Positions 49,283 through 59,301 of a stretch of DNA of 64,000 nucleotides are shown one piece after another; within the stretch, counting starts at the first letter, position 1, and every line of letters begins with the position of its first letter. Under the pieces are notes generated by a model. That model ran no database searches. It worked only from the letters and a program-made list of their open reading frames with translations, and was not told the DNA's origin. The stretch is from Pseudomonadota bacterium (lineage in GTDB: Bacteria > Bdellovibrionota_B > Oligoflexia > Silvanigrellales > Silvanigrellaceae): the NCBI GenBank assembly GCA_039799905.1, contig JBDLRP010000021.1, positions 96,001 to 160,000 of the forward strand, written 5' to 3'. A program made the position numbers and the translations under genes.

Positions 49283-50389
49283 ATGGGATCAATGTATTCC
49301 GCTTCGCGCGGAGTTGTTGCTTTTCTTGCACTCGCAGTTCTGCCGTCTAAGACTGCAATGGGAGCTGCTTGGTGGTATGAACAGGCAGAACGACTCCAGC
49401 ACGTCAGTGCGGCTCTTTTGGACGGCCCTCCGATTGCAGAGCCCGTGCCCAACCGAAACTTCATTGGCGCCCGCTTGTCGGCAAGTCTGTTACCCAAAAC
49501 AAACCCCACAGTAGGCTCCAAGCAGGAGAAAGTGCCTGCGGCCCCGCTGCACACCGTTCCCACTTTTGTGGCAGGCATGCAGGTTTTCAGCTCAGGCCGT
49601 TACTCTTTGGTAGGAACCGCGTCGGCAGGATACCTCTATTTGCCTGAGTCCGTGGGCAAACTTTTGGGCGTGAAGGCAACCCTGAGTCAGTTTGCCATGG
49701 GCGCCAACGCTGAAAACATGTTCAGGCTTGCCAACATGATCCTCACCACAAGTTTTGGATTCCAGTACAGCAAGGTCAACCTTGAAGGTGGGATTACCGC
49801 TGAAGAGGCTAAAGATGTTTTTGATGCGGCCACGACGCTCGTGCATCTGACTCAGGGTATCAAAGGTCAGACCATTCCGCTGTGGGCAAATGCAATGTTT
49901 CTCGTCCGCCGAAACACGAGTAAGTTCAATATCTCACTCGAAAAGACAGAATTCGTCCGCGAAGACAAAATGGAAGATGCACAGCCGCCGATTGCGACTC
50001 AGATCACTATTGGAGCCAACCTGGGTAAGTCGATGCAACTGGCTCTGTCTGAATACATCGTGCCTGATCGTTTGATTATGCCGCGAGTGAGCTTTGTCTA
50101 TCAGTATGCCTTGGGAGCAACCGGCTCACCCGTTGAGGACACTCCGGTAACACCGCCCAAAACAGCTCCGCGCAAAAAGAAGAAGCGCTCCGCTGCAGCA
50201 ACAGAAACAGGCGGCGCGACGGGGACTGTCGATACAAGCATTGCCAAACCTGCTGCAAGACCAGCTGGCAAAGCTTCCGCAAAACCCGCAGCCAAACCCA
50301 AAGCACCGGATGCAAGCGAATCGCCCGCGGATGGCGGATTTACGAGTCCCCCAGCCTCCGATCCTGCGACAGGGGCACCCGTGCCTTGA
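49283..50389 (+). CDS. Putative outer-membrane beta-barrel protein with disordered C-terminal tail
   Basis: Signal peptide; about 10 alternating amphipathic strands ending RVSFVYQY; then a P/A/K/T-rich tail. Confidence 0.6.
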   Translation: MGSMYSASRGVVAFLALAVLPSKTAMGAAWWYEQAERLQHVSAALLDGPPIAEPVPNRNFIGARLSASLLPKTNPTVGSKQEKVPAAPLHTVPTFVAGMQVFSSGRYSLVGTASAGYLYLPESVGKLLGVKATLSQFAMGANAENMFRLANMILTTSFGFQYSKVNLEGGITAEEAKDVFDAATTLVHLTQGIKGQTIPLWANAMFLVRRNTSKFNISLEKTEFVREDKMEDAQPPIATQITIGANLGKSMQLALSEYIVPDRLIMPRVSFVYQYALGATGSPVEDTPVTPPKTAPRKKKKRSAAATETGGATGTVDTSIAKPAARPAGKASAKPAAKPKAPDASESPADGGFTSPPASDPATGAPVP

Positions 50390-50460
50390 ATTTGGGTTTT
50401 GAGCACACTGAAACTTTTGAACGTTGTATGAAAACCTGAAAGACGGGAGATGAAATTAAA

Positions 50461-51123
50461 ATGAATATCTACAAGCCAGTCAGCAAAATCATTCTGCTTG
50501 TCTGCGGCTTTGTTCTTTCGGCCTGCAGCGCATACGACCTTGGTACCGCAGGAAATTACTACTACGACATCGGTGCCGAGAATATTGCCAACCCAACATG
50601 GGAAGGCGGCATCAACGTCATTGTTGAAAAGAAATGTGCGACCTGCCACACCGCGCAAACTCCCTGGTACAAACCAAAGAACGTTGATGAAGGCGGCTTT
50701 GGCAAACAGCTCGAAGGCATCGGTACCAAGGAATTTTGGAAAAAAGATGATCCGGTGCTCAGTGTCATCAAACTATGTTTGGAAGCCACTTGCGGAAAAG
50801 AAAAAATCCCAATGCCGCCAAAGTACGCGACGCCGCTCAGCCAAATCGAGAAACAAGCTTTGCTCAACTATCTGACGCCTCTGCTTCCTGCGGCTTCTGC
50901 CGGATTCTCGGCGAAGTTTCAGGGCTGCGAAGGCTGTCACGGTAAGGAAGGAAAGAACGAAACGTCCAAAATCGGTCCGAAGCTGTCCGCTACTGCACTC
51001 TCACTCGACGAGTTTAAAGCAGTCATCCGCGCAGGTCGAGGCGGCATGCCAGCCTACGCGGTCGACGCTTATTCCGACGCAGAGCTGGAACAAGATTACA
51101 ACCAGCTCAAAACCCTTCCCTGA
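50461..51123 (+). CDS. Di-heme c-type cytochrome lipoprotein
   Basis: Lipobox LSAC; CATCH...MPP and CEGCH...GPKL...GRGGMPAY. Confidence 0.88.
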   Translation: MNIYKPVSKIILLVCGFVLSACSAYDLGTAGNYYYDIGAENIANPTWEGGINVIVEKKCATCHTAQTPWYKPKNVDEGGFGKQLEGIGTKEFWKKDDPVLSVIKLCLEATCGKEKIPMPPKYATPLSQIEKQALLNYLTPLLPAASAGFSAKFQGCEGCHGKEGKNETSKIGPKLSATALSLDEFKAVIRAGRGGMPAYAVDAYSDAELEQDYNQLKTLP

Positions 51124-51135
51124 GCCCCGAGCCCG

Positions 51136-52425
51136 CTATTGCGCAGAGGGCAACACTTCCGTGCGCACTTCGCCGAATCCGACCCGAACACCGTCCTTCT
51201 CGCACCAGCCCTTCATGATGACGGTGTCGCCGTCCTGAATGAAGGTGCGGGTTGTTCCGTCGGGCAGCGCGATTGGTTTTGTCCCCTTCCAACAGAGTTC
51301 CAGCATCGATCCGTAACTGTCGGGAGTCGGGCCGCTGATGGTTCCCGAACCATACACGTCACCAACCTCGATGTTCGTGCCGTTGGAGGCCATGTGCGCC
51401 AACTGCTGCGCCATATTCCAATACATATGTTTGAAATTGGTGCGGCAGATTCTCACGGCATCGCTCATCTGAGCAGACTTGAGCCAGACCTCAAGGTGAA
51501 CATCATACGCCTGCGGCCCGCTGCTCTGCAGATAAGGCAACACGGGAACTTCCTGTTCCGGACCATGAACGCGGAAAGGCTGCAGTGCATCCAAGGTCAC
51601 AATCCAAGGCGACAAGCTCGTTGCAAAAGTCTTGCCAAGAAAAGGACCGAGCGGAACGTATTCCCAGCGTTGGACATCGCGCGCCGACCAATCGTTGAGC
51701 AGCGCAAGCCCGAAGATGTAGTCATCGGCGCTGTTGACAGGAATTGTCTGACCGAGTTGCGTTTGACCGCCAGTAATGAAGGCCATCTCAAGTTCAAAAT
51801 CGAGCTGGCGGGTGGGTGCAAAAACCGGCGCCGGATCGGCATCCGCCTTGAGCTGCCCGTTTGGTCTGCGAAAAGGAGTGCCCGAAGGAATGATTGAACT
51901 GCTGCGGCCGTTGTATCCGATCGGAATGTGCAGCCAGTTGGGCAGAAGCGGATTTTGCGGGTCGCGAAACATCGCACCGACGTTGGATGCATGTTCACGG
52001 CTCGAGTAGAAATCAACGTAGTTTGCCACCTTGGTTGGCAGCAAAAGAGATGCCTCGTTCATCTTAACCAAAGCGCGAGAGTGCAAATCCGGCTGACTCT
52101 GCAGCGCATTGTTTCCTTGCGTAAAAAGTTCACCGACACGCAACCGCAGCGCGCGCCAGACATGCGCTCCCGCCGAAAGAAGCGGATTGAGCGAATCCGT
52201 AAAAACATGCTCACGCCGCAGGCCATTCACAGAAGATAGTAGGCCCGCCTCAAACAAAACAGCGCAGTCGATCACCCAATCACCGAGTGCGAGCGCCACA
52301 CGCGCATCCTTGACGACGGCGCTGCGGAAAATACCAAAGGGAAGGTTCTGCAAAGAAAAATCGGACTCCGCTGAAACGGCAATCCACGGACGTGAGTTCA
52401 TCGGGATGTGTGAAAAATTTGTCAT
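51136..52425 (-). CDS. fahA: Fumarylacetoacetase
   Basis: SDFSLQNLPFGIF, YVDFYSSREHA, LDFELEM, NDWSARDVQRWEYVPLGPFLGK, GSGTISG. Confidence 0.97.
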   Translation of the reverse strand: MTNFSHIPMNSRPWIAVSAESDFSLQNLPFGIFRSAVVKDARVALALGDWVIDCAVLFEAGLLSSVNGLRREHVFTDSLNPLLSAGAHVWRALRLRVGELFTQGNNALQSQPDLHSRALVKMNEASLLLPTKVANYVDFYSSREHASNVGAMFRDPQNPLLPNWLHIPIGYNGRSSSIIPSGTPFRRPNGQLKADADPAPVFAPTRQLDFELEMAFITGGQTQLGQTIPVNSADDYIFGLALLNDWSARDVQRWEYVPLGPFLGKTFATSLSPWIVTLDALQPFRVHGPEQEVPVLPYLQSSGPQAYDVHLEVWLKSAQMSDAVRICRTNFKHMYWNMAQQLAHMASNGTNIEVGDVYGSGTISGPTPDSYGSMLELCWKGTKPIALPDGTTRTFIQDGDTVIMKGWCEKDGVRVGFGEVRTEVLPSAQ

Positions 52426-52435
52426 AGCTGTTCTT

Positions 52436-53401
52436 TCAAGAAAGAAGTTGCAAAGATTTGAGTTCCTCAATCGGCTCATAAAAACTGCACGAGCCAAAAC
52501 TGCGCAGCCCCTCGGACCGCATGGAGCGGATGTCAGAAATTCCCGCGTGATAACCCTTCCAAGAAAGGCCATCTGCAGCAAAAATAATCGACTGCGGATC
52601 CTTTTCGCTGAGCAGCAGGATCAACTCCGTTTCAGAAAGCTTGTGCTTCCAAGAAAGTGCCGCTGCGGCAAAAACATTCAGGAAACCAAATAAATCAGCA
52701 CCAACGGAGGTATCAAAATGCCTCATCGGCAAATGCAGACCGGCTGTGAGCTTGAAGGGAATCCGCTCCTCGGACGCCGTACGGAATGCACGCGCCAGCG
52801 CTTCGGGTGAAACAATCGCGGCGGGAGTCAACCCGCCGGTTCTATATTTCAGGCAAACCCGTCCCGACTGCGAAAGATTCGCTTGATGTGCGGCATGTGC
52901 GAAATGAGCAAAAGGCTTGTTGAGGTTGACCTCCCAAAACAACGGCCCGTGCAGATTGAACTCATCAAAAACTTGCAACGCGGCATCCAAAAATCCGCGC
53001 GCGAGTTCCTGATCATGTGTGCCGAGGAGCTCTTCCGGCAGTGGCAGCTCGCATGAGTCCACAACCAATGCGTTGGGATGCGAATCAACAAACTTACGCA
53101 GCAACTGGGCGTCGCTGCGTAAAATGGAGAGTGCGTCGCCTATCGAAGCGGCCGAGCGGAACAATCCTGTCAGATGCCACGGGTTGTGAGTCTGTCCGGC
53201 TTCGGCCATCTCAGCCGCGGCACATTGGGCAAATTCACCAATACGGGCGGCTGGCAAAACGAACCTTGCGAGCAGCCACTCATTCGGGTCGTTCCTGCAA
53301 GCGGCGAACTCCTTAATCGCTTCATTCATAGGCAATTGTGCTGGAGGAAATACCCCAGCGTAGTCGAGCGAGCGCAACATCAACGTTTTTACAGCATTCA
53401 C
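52436..53401 (-). CDS. Conserved uncharacterised protein associated with fahA
   Basis: LDYAGVFPPA.LPM, KYRTGG, FKLTAGLH, GFLNV, SFGSCSF.EP motifs; GTG start after AAGGAG; 10 nt before fahA. Confidence 0.85.
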   Translation of the reverse strand: MNAVKTLMLRSLDYAGVFPPAQLPMNEAIKEFAACRNDPNEWLLARFVLPAARIGEFAQCAAAEMAEAGQTHNPWHLTGLFRSAASIGDALSILRSDAQLLRKFVDSHPNALVVDSCELPLPEELLGTHDQELARGFLDAALQVFDEFNLHGPLFWEVNLNKPFAHFAHAAHQANLSQSGRVCLKYRTGGLTPAAIVSPEALARAFRTASEERIPFKLTAGLHLPMRHFDTSVGADLFGFLNVFAAAALSWKHKLSETELILLLSEKDPQSIIFAADGLSWKGYHAGISDIRSMRSEGLRSFGSCSFYEPIEELKSLQLLS

Positions 53402-53540
53402 CGCGAGCTCCTTATCAATGGCCGTGTCTTTAGCTCGACAGCTCAGGCGATTCAATTGCCGCCAGCAATTGCATATCGGAGCATAATTGGTAGTCTGCCG
53501 GCGATCTTGGCCGGAATGCCTCGTCGATGGGAGACTTTAC

Positions 53541-55202
53541 ATGAAAAATTCTCTGCGTTTAACGCTCGCAATCAGCAGTTTTGCAATCGCCGCAGTCTGC
53601 GCCTCCGTCGCACTGCCCGAGGCACTCACGCCAAAGGCATTTGCCGCCGAACGCAGCGGAACATTTATTGAGAGTGTTTCGGCCAATCCGACCAGCCTCT
53701 TCCCATTGACCAACAACGACGGCGAAGTCGCGGCGGTGCAGGAAATGTTCTTTGAATCCCTGCTCGACCGCCACTGGGACACCTACGACTGGACGCCTAA
53801 TCTCGCGTCCAAATGGGAAATCTCAAAAGACGGCAAACAGTTTACTTTCACTCTCAACAAAAAAGCCAAATTCTCGGATGGCTCGCCCGTCACCGCAGAG
53901 GACGTAAAGTTCAGCTACGACATTATCTTCATGAAGGGTGTCATGGCAGCCCACTTGCGTCCGTACTATTCGGCAATCAAAAACGTTGAAGTTCTTGGCG
54001 CAGACAAAATCCGCTTCACAGTGGGAGAAGTTTACTACAAAAACTTCGACGTCGTGGCAGGCCTGACAGTGTTTCCAAAAAAGCACTACACAAAGCTTTA
54101 TGAAAAAGACAACTCAATGATGAAGGCCGAGGTCACCAAAGACCCACTGGGTTCCGGTGCTTGGCTACTGGAAAAATGGGACGGCAACCAACAGATCGTT
54201 TTCAAGCGCAACCCGAACTACTGGAACAAAGACGAACTCATCAAGCAGGGCCGGTGGAACTACGATCGCTACATCTATAAAATTGTGCAGGAAGAGCCTG
54301 TCGAGTTTGAGATGTTCCGCAAGGGTGACCTCACTTTCAAGGGCCTGACCGGCAAACAGTGGTCCAAACAAACGAACGGCGCTGAATTCAAATCGAAGCT
54401 CGTCAAGGTGAAGGCTGTCAACAAGGCTCCGACCGGTTACGGTTTCATTGGCTGGAACCAAAAGAATCCAATCCTGACGAACAAAGACGTCCGATGGGCG
54501 CTTTCGCACATTGCCGACCTCAAAACCTGGATCAGCAAAATCGAGTACGACATGGCCGAGCCAACGGTCGGACCATACAGCGTGAAAAGTGAACAGCACG
54601 ACTCCGCACTCAAGCCGATTGAATTTGATCTTAAAAAAGCGCGCGAACGACTCGCTGCAGCAGGCTGGACGAAAGCTGGCAAAGGCGGAGTTCTTGAAAA
54701 AGATGGTCAACGACTCGAACTGACCATCATTTATCCTCAGCAATCCAAGGAAACAACTGAACCCAAACTCGTCGACTTCAAACAAAAAGCTGCCAAGGTG
54801 GGTATTGCCATCAACCTCAAGGCTATCGACTGGACGACCTTCACCAAGTTGCTCGACGACCGCAAGTTTGACGGAGCCGCCCTCGGCTGGAGCCGGGACA
54901 ACGATGGTGACCTCAAGCAGATCTGGCACAGCGATTCAATCAGCAGCAAGGGCAGCAACTTCATCGGCTATTCGAACAAGGAAGTGGACAAGCTCATCGA
55001 CCAGCACCGCGCCACTCTCGACAAGCCCAAACGCATGGAGCTTGCACGCAAGTTGCAGAAGTTGATTTATGAAGACCAGCCCTACACCTTCCTCACCGAG
55101 CGTCTTTATTCACTCTACGCTCATCAAAACTATGTGAAGAAGGAAAAGGACACTTATAATTACACGATTGGCCGCGCCTTCTGGCAGATCACCAACAACT
55201 GA
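53541..55202 (+). CDS. Peptide ABC transporter substrate-binding protein
   Basis: Signal peptide; LASKWEISKDG, FSDGSPVTAEDVKFS, NPNYW, DVRWALS, WHS. Confidence 0.93.
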   Translation: MKNSLRLTLAISSFAIAAVCASVALPEALTPKAFAAERSGTFIESVSANPTSLFPLTNNDGEVAAVQEMFFESLLDRHWDTYDWTPNLASKWEISKDGKQFTFTLNKKAKFSDGSPVTAEDVKFSYDIIFMKGVMAAHLRPYYSAIKNVEVLGADKIRFTVGEVYYKNFDVVAGLTVFPKKHYTKLYEKDNSMMKAEVTKDPLGSGAWLLEKWDGNQQIVFKRNPNYWNKDELIKQGRWNYDRYIYKIVQEEPVEFEMFRKGDLTFKGLTGKQWSKQTNGAEFKSKLVKVKAVNKAPTGYGFIGWNQKNPILTNKDVRWALSHIADLKTWISKIEYDMAEPTVGPYSVKSEQHDSALKPIEFDLKKARERLAAAGWTKAGKGGVLEKDGQRLELTIIYPQQSKETTEPKLVDFKQKAAKVGIAINLKAIDWTTFTKLLDDRKFDGAALGWSRDNDGDLKQIWHSDSISSKGSNFIGYSNKEVDKLIDQHRATLDKPKRMELARKLQKLIYEDQPYTFLTERLYSLYAHQNYVKKEKDTYNYTIGRAFWQITNN

Positions 55203-55241
55203 AACCTGTCACGGCACGTCGCAAGAGAAGAACTGCATCAT

Positions 55242-56306
55242 ATGAACTTCCCAAGCTATCTGCTGCGCAGATTCCTGTTGATGATTCCGACCTTCTTCGG
55301 AATCACGGTGCTCTGTTTCACCGTATTTCAAATTGCCCCAGGCGGACCTGTCGAAACTTACCTTGCAAAAGTCCGCTTTGCCGGCGGTGCGGGCGGTGGC
55401 AGCGGAACCGGCGAAAGCTCGATGAGTGGTACCGGAGCTGCTAGCAAATCGGTGACTGACGAAGTCGTGGAGGAACTCAAGAAGCGATACAACTTCGATA
55501 AGCCGATCTACATGCGTTACCTGCTTTGGCTTAAAGACATCGCGCGCCTTGAGTTTGGATATTCGCACACGCAAGGACAGCCCGTGCTTGAGGTGATCGC
55601 CTCAAAGCTGCCTGTCTCGATCATTTTTGGCGTGACGAGTTTCATCCTGACTTATCTGGTGTGTATTCCATTTGGAATTCTCAAGGCCCTGCGTGACGGC
55701 AGCAAATTCGACGTTGCCAGCAGCGGTGCTTTGTTTGTGCTCTACAGTGTTCCCGAATTCATGTTGGCGATTCTTTTGATCCACTTTTTCGCGGGTGGAC
55801 AATACTTTGCGTGGTTTCCCATCCAGGGACTCCACTCGCTGGATTGGGAAACGTTCACGCTTTGGGAAAAAATCAAAGACATCACCTGGCACATGGTGCT
55901 TCCGCTGATTTGCTACATGATTGGCAACTTTACAACGCTGACAATCCTGATGAAGAACTCCATCATTGAACAAATTAAGCAGGACTATGTGCGCTCAGCG
56001 CTCGCACGCGGCGTGTCGAAACGCACGGCAATTTTGAAACATGCACTGCGTAACGCTATTTTGCCCGTTTCCACGGGCTTTAGCGCAATTCTTCTCGCGT
56101 TCTTTGGAGGAAGCCTTCTTATCGAGAAGATCTTCAACCTCGATGGACTCGGAAAGTTGATGTACCAAGCAACGATAGAGCGGGACTACCCAGTCGTGAT
56201 GGCCGTCATCACCGTTGTTGCAGTGCTGGGTCAGGTTGCTTTGCTTCTGTCGGACGTGCTCTACCGAATCATCGACCCGCGCATCGATTTCTCTTCAAAA
56301 AATTAA
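55242..56306 (+). CDS. Peptide ABC transporter permease (OppB/YejB-like)
   Basis: PGGPVE, DYVRSALARG, HALRNA, RDYPV, IDPRI. Confidence 0.93.
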   Translation: MNFPSYLLRRFLLMIPTFFGITVLCFTVFQIAPGGPVETYLAKVRFAGGAGGGSGTGESSMSGTGAASKSVTDEVVEELKKRYNFDKPIYMRYLLWLKDIARLEFGYSHTQGQPVLEVIASKLPVSIIFGVTSFILTYLVCIPFGILKALRDGSKFDVASSGALFVLYSVPEFMLAILLIHFFAGGQYFAWFPIQGLHSLDWETFTLWEKIKDITWHMVLPLICYMIGNFTTLTILMKNSIIEQIKQDYVRSALARGVSKRTAILKHALRNAILPVSTGFSAILLAFFGGSLLIEKIFNLDGLGKLMYQATIERDYPVVMAVITVVAVLGQVALLLSDVLYRIIDPRIDFSSKN

Positions 56307-56318
56307 GGCACGACTGCA

Positions 56319-57314
56319 ATGTCACCAGATTTTAAAAGACGCCTGCAACACTTCACACGATCAAGACGAGCGATCGTCTCGTTAGTTATTTTGTTTGTGA
56401 TGATGGTTTCCAGTCTGCTCGCCGAGGTGATCACCAACTCAAGCCCGATCATCGCAAAACTCAACGGGCGGGTTCTTGTTCCTGCTTACATTCAATACGA
56501 GCGTGAAGAGCTTGGCCAAGAGGGCGCCGGTGTCATCGATTACCGTGAGCTCAAAGATCAATTTGAATGGGCAGTATGGCCACCACTCAAGTGGGACCCC
56601 TTCGAGATTGACAGCGAACAAGCTGAATATCTGACGGCTCCTACAGAGCTCCACCTGATGGGAACCGACAGCGCGGGACGTGATGTTTTTGCACGTCTGC
56701 TCTATGGAACGCGAATTTCGTTTTTGTTTGGCATTGCCTACTGGCTTGTGACGTACGTTATCGGCATTACTGTCGGCCTGTTTACGGGCTTCGTTGGAGG
56801 CAATGTCGACCTGTACGGACAGCGGCTGATTGAGATTTTCCAATCGACACCGAGCTTCCCTTTGCTTCTCTTCATTGTTTCAATTGTGACACCGAGTCCG
56901 ATTGTTCTCGCATTGTTTTTGTGTGTTTTCGGCTGGACGGGCATCGCCCAGTACATGCGCGTGGAAGCATTGCGCAACAGAAACCTCACGTTCACAGAAG
57001 CCGCGGTTTCACTTGGCGCAGGACGTCTGCGGCTGCTCTTCACCCACATTCTCCCGAACAGCTTGATTCCGTTGATTACTTTTTCGCCGATCGCAATAAT
57101 CTCGGGTATTTACTCGCTTGCGTCGCTCGATCTTCTTGGTTTCGGAGTGCCGCCGCCAACGCCAAGCTGGGGTGAATTGCTCGATCAGGCACGCGCCAAC
57201 TACCAAGTTGCATGGTGGCTGGCCGTCTTTCCAAGCTTTTTCCTATTCATGACGATACTTTGCCTTAATTTTGTGGGCGAAGCGGTGCGCAAGGCTTTCG
57301 ACCCGAGAGCCTGA
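56319..57314 (+). CDS. Peptide ABC transporter permease (OppC/YejE-like)
   Basis: MGTDSAGRDVFARL, EAA..LGA, HILPN, PSWGELL, AFDPR. Confidence 0.93.
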   Translation: MSPDFKRRLQHFTRSRRAIVSLVILFVMMVSSLLAEVITNSSPIIAKLNGRVLVPAYIQYEREELGQEGAGVIDYRELKDQFEWAVWPPLKWDPFEIDSEQAEYLTAPTELHLMGTDSAGRDVFARLLYGTRISFLFGIAYWLVTYVIGITVGLFTGFVGGNVDLYGQRLIEIFQSTPSFPLLLFIVSIVTPSPIVLALFLCVFGWTGIAQYMRVEALRNRNLTFTEAAVSLGAGRLRLLFTHILPNSLIPLITFSPIAIISGIYSLASLDLLGFGVPPPTPSWGELLDQARANYQVAWWLAVFPSFFLFMTILCLNFVGEAVRKAFDPRA

Positions 57315-57366
57315 GCACCCCAGCGCTCACTCTGACCCACTCCACGTGACGAAGCACCGCGGCTGT

Positions 57367-57395
57367 TTCTTTGTGCAGTGTAACTGCGCAAAGAA
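57367..57395. terminator. Hairpin downstream of the ABC operon
   Basis: TTCTTTGTGCAGT-GTA-ACTGCGCAAAGAA followed by a T-rich stretch. Confidence 0.5.
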
Positions 57396-57560
57396 CATTC
57401 CTTTTTAGAATATAAAAAAAAACTGGCCAGTCGGCTTGCGCGGGGCCATCCCATTTTGTAGGGTGCGCACTGAACCAGACATGTATCGCTCGCGAAGTTA
57501 AGGTCATTTGCGCCCATGACGGGCATAAGTCTACCCCTCTTCACGATGAAAGGGACCACA

Positions 57561-58727
57561 ATGACACGCGGCCAAAAAAACCAAATCCTCACAGGATCCC
57601 CGCTCATTGTTGCTGCTGCGCTCATGACGGCCTGCGGCACGGGACAAACCGATCGCGCTGTGCGCAAATCACATGGTCCCAATGGTCTTCTGACTTACGT
57701 CTCTTCATACAACAGCCCAGATGTTATTGAAAAAATCATCGGCTCCAACGAGCTCACTCCAGTTCTTCAGGATGGCGCGAACATTCCTGAAAAGTACCGC
57801 CCGCTCATCGACGCCTTCGGCAAAATCTCGATGGGATGCACGGCCACTCACATCGGTAACGGCTTGGTGATCACCGCAGGCCATTGCTTTGAAGCTCCCG
57901 AGCAACGCGTCAACAACAAACCTTGCGACAAAGTGACTGTCGACTGGGGTTACCGCAAGGACAAGGCTGCTTACCTCAAGTCGAAGTGCACGGTCATTTT
58001 GGCTGCCGAACTCAATGACGACCGCGACTATGCGATTTTCAAGGTGGACAACATTCCGCCAGTCGCACTCGAAGTAGACCTCACTGCCCGTCCTAAAACT
58101 GGCACTGCGGTGACTATTTTCGGACACCCGCAATTGCGCCCTCTTGAATGGTCCCAGACGTGCACACTCGAAAACGGCAGCAACGGAGGCTGGGGTAGCG
58201 ATGCATTCAGTCACCAGTGCGACACCGAGCCCGGCAACAGCGGCAGCACGGTTTTGGATGAATCTTCACTGAAAATTATTGGAATCCACGATGGTGGACG
58301 TGTTCCATGGAACTACGCGACGTACATTGTGAACACTCCAATCCGTGAGTTCATTGGCGACGCATCAACTCCAACGAATCCAAATCCAGCGCCGGTGCCG
58401 GCACCCGTTCCACCGACCCAACCCGGTGATCAGGTTCGCAACCTCCCGAGCCGTTCGTTTGGCCCGTTCTATCACAACGACACACGCACTCTCGTTGAGT
58501 TCGGTACAGAGCTCGGTAGAAGCATCAGCTTCATGCTCGACATCAACACCGAACCAAATGCTGATTACGTCAGGGTGACTGATGGCACTGGACGCTCGGC
58601 AGTGTTCTCGGGAAGACAGTCACGCACTTTCAAGCAACTGAGCTTGCCGGTTCGCGTTTCGTTCAGCTCCGATGACAGCGTCACATCCAGACGCGTCGCC
58701 ATGCGTAAAATTGTGGCATATAACTGA
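57561..58727 (+). CDS. Trypsin-like (S1) serine protease lipoprotein with C-terminal CUB-like domain
   Basis: Lipobox MTAC; TAGHC, DYA, GNSGS; Pro-rich linker; TEPNADYVRVTDG...FSSDDSVT. Confidence 0.88.
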   Translation: MTRGQKNQILTGSPLIVAAALMTACGTGQTDRAVRKSHGPNGLLTYVSSYNSPDVIEKIIGSNELTPVLQDGANIPEKYRPLIDAFGKISMGCTATHIGNGLVITAGHCFEAPEQRVNNKPCDKVTVDWGYRKDKAAYLKSKCTVILAAELNDDRDYAIFKVDNIPPVALEVDLTARPKTGTAVTIFGHPQLRPLEWSQTCTLENGSNGGWGSDAFSHQCDTEPGNSGSTVLDESSLKIIGIHDGGRVPWNYATYIVNTPIREFIGDASTPTNPNPAPVPAPVPPTQPGDQVRNLPSRSFGPFYHNDTRTLVEFGTELGRSISFMLDINTEPNADYVRVTDGTGRSAVFSGRQSRTFKQLSLPVRVSFSSDDSVTSRRVAMRKIVAYN

Positions 58728-58786
58728 TTTAAGAACCCGCGAAGTTCCGACAAGGCACTTCGCGAGCCCTCCTCACCGCACGGCGC

Positions 58787-58811
58787 ACCGCGCTTTGCGG
58801 TTTTTTTTTTT
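58787..58811 (+). terminator. Intrinsic terminator
   Basis: ACCGC-loop-GCGGT followed by a long T-run. Confidence 0.65.
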
Positions 58812-58852
58812 CCTGCGATGATACCCCCGTTCCAAATGAGGGGTCGTGGCGA

Positions 58853-59287
58853 ATGCATCTCTATCAATGGTACATCGTTGTCAGCGCAATTTTGATTGTT
58901 CTCGAGATTTTTGCGGCGGGCTTCATTCTGTTGCCGATCGGACTGGCCGGTTTGTGTACGGCGGTGGTCGCCTACTTTAGGCCCGAACTTTGGCTGCACG
59001 CAGTCTTTTTTATCTGCGGTAGCGGTCTCGCGCTTCTTGCTCTCGGCAAATTCCGTGAGCAGATGAACCAAAGATCACCCGATCCGGGCGTCGGACCGGT
59101 TGGTCAGACGGGTATTATTGTGGCCCTTCCCGACGGAATCCGCTCATTCCAAGTCAAGGTGTTCGGAGATGTCTGGGAGGTAGTCGACAACTCTTTGTCC
59201 AGCCAGCAGTCTGCGGAACTCCAAATCGGCACAAGCGTCAGAGTGACCGCCGTGGCCGGAAACAAAATTACGATTCAGAAAATCTGA
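58853..59287 (+). CDS. NfeD-like (YbbJ-type) membrane protein
   Basis: W.......LEIF..GF TM region, C-terminal OB fold VKVFGDVW...G..VRV; precedes SPFH gene. Confidence 0.9.
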   Translation: MHLYQWYIVVSAILIVLEIFAAGFILLPIGLAGLCTAVVAYFRPELWLHAVFFICGSGLALLALGKFREQMNQRSPDPGVGPVGQTGIIVALPDGIRSFQVKVFGDVWEVVDNSLSSQQSAELQIGTSVRVTAVAGNKITIQKI

Positions 59288-59301
59288 GGAGGTTCACTGA
59301 C

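Noticed and set aside
52426..52581. N-terminal extension of fahA
   Set aside because: Overlaps the upstream gene; the family N-terminus begins near ATG 52425.
57423..57440. Sigma54-like TGGC...TTGC upstream of the protease
   Set aside because: GG-to-GC spacing is 11 nt rather than the required 10.
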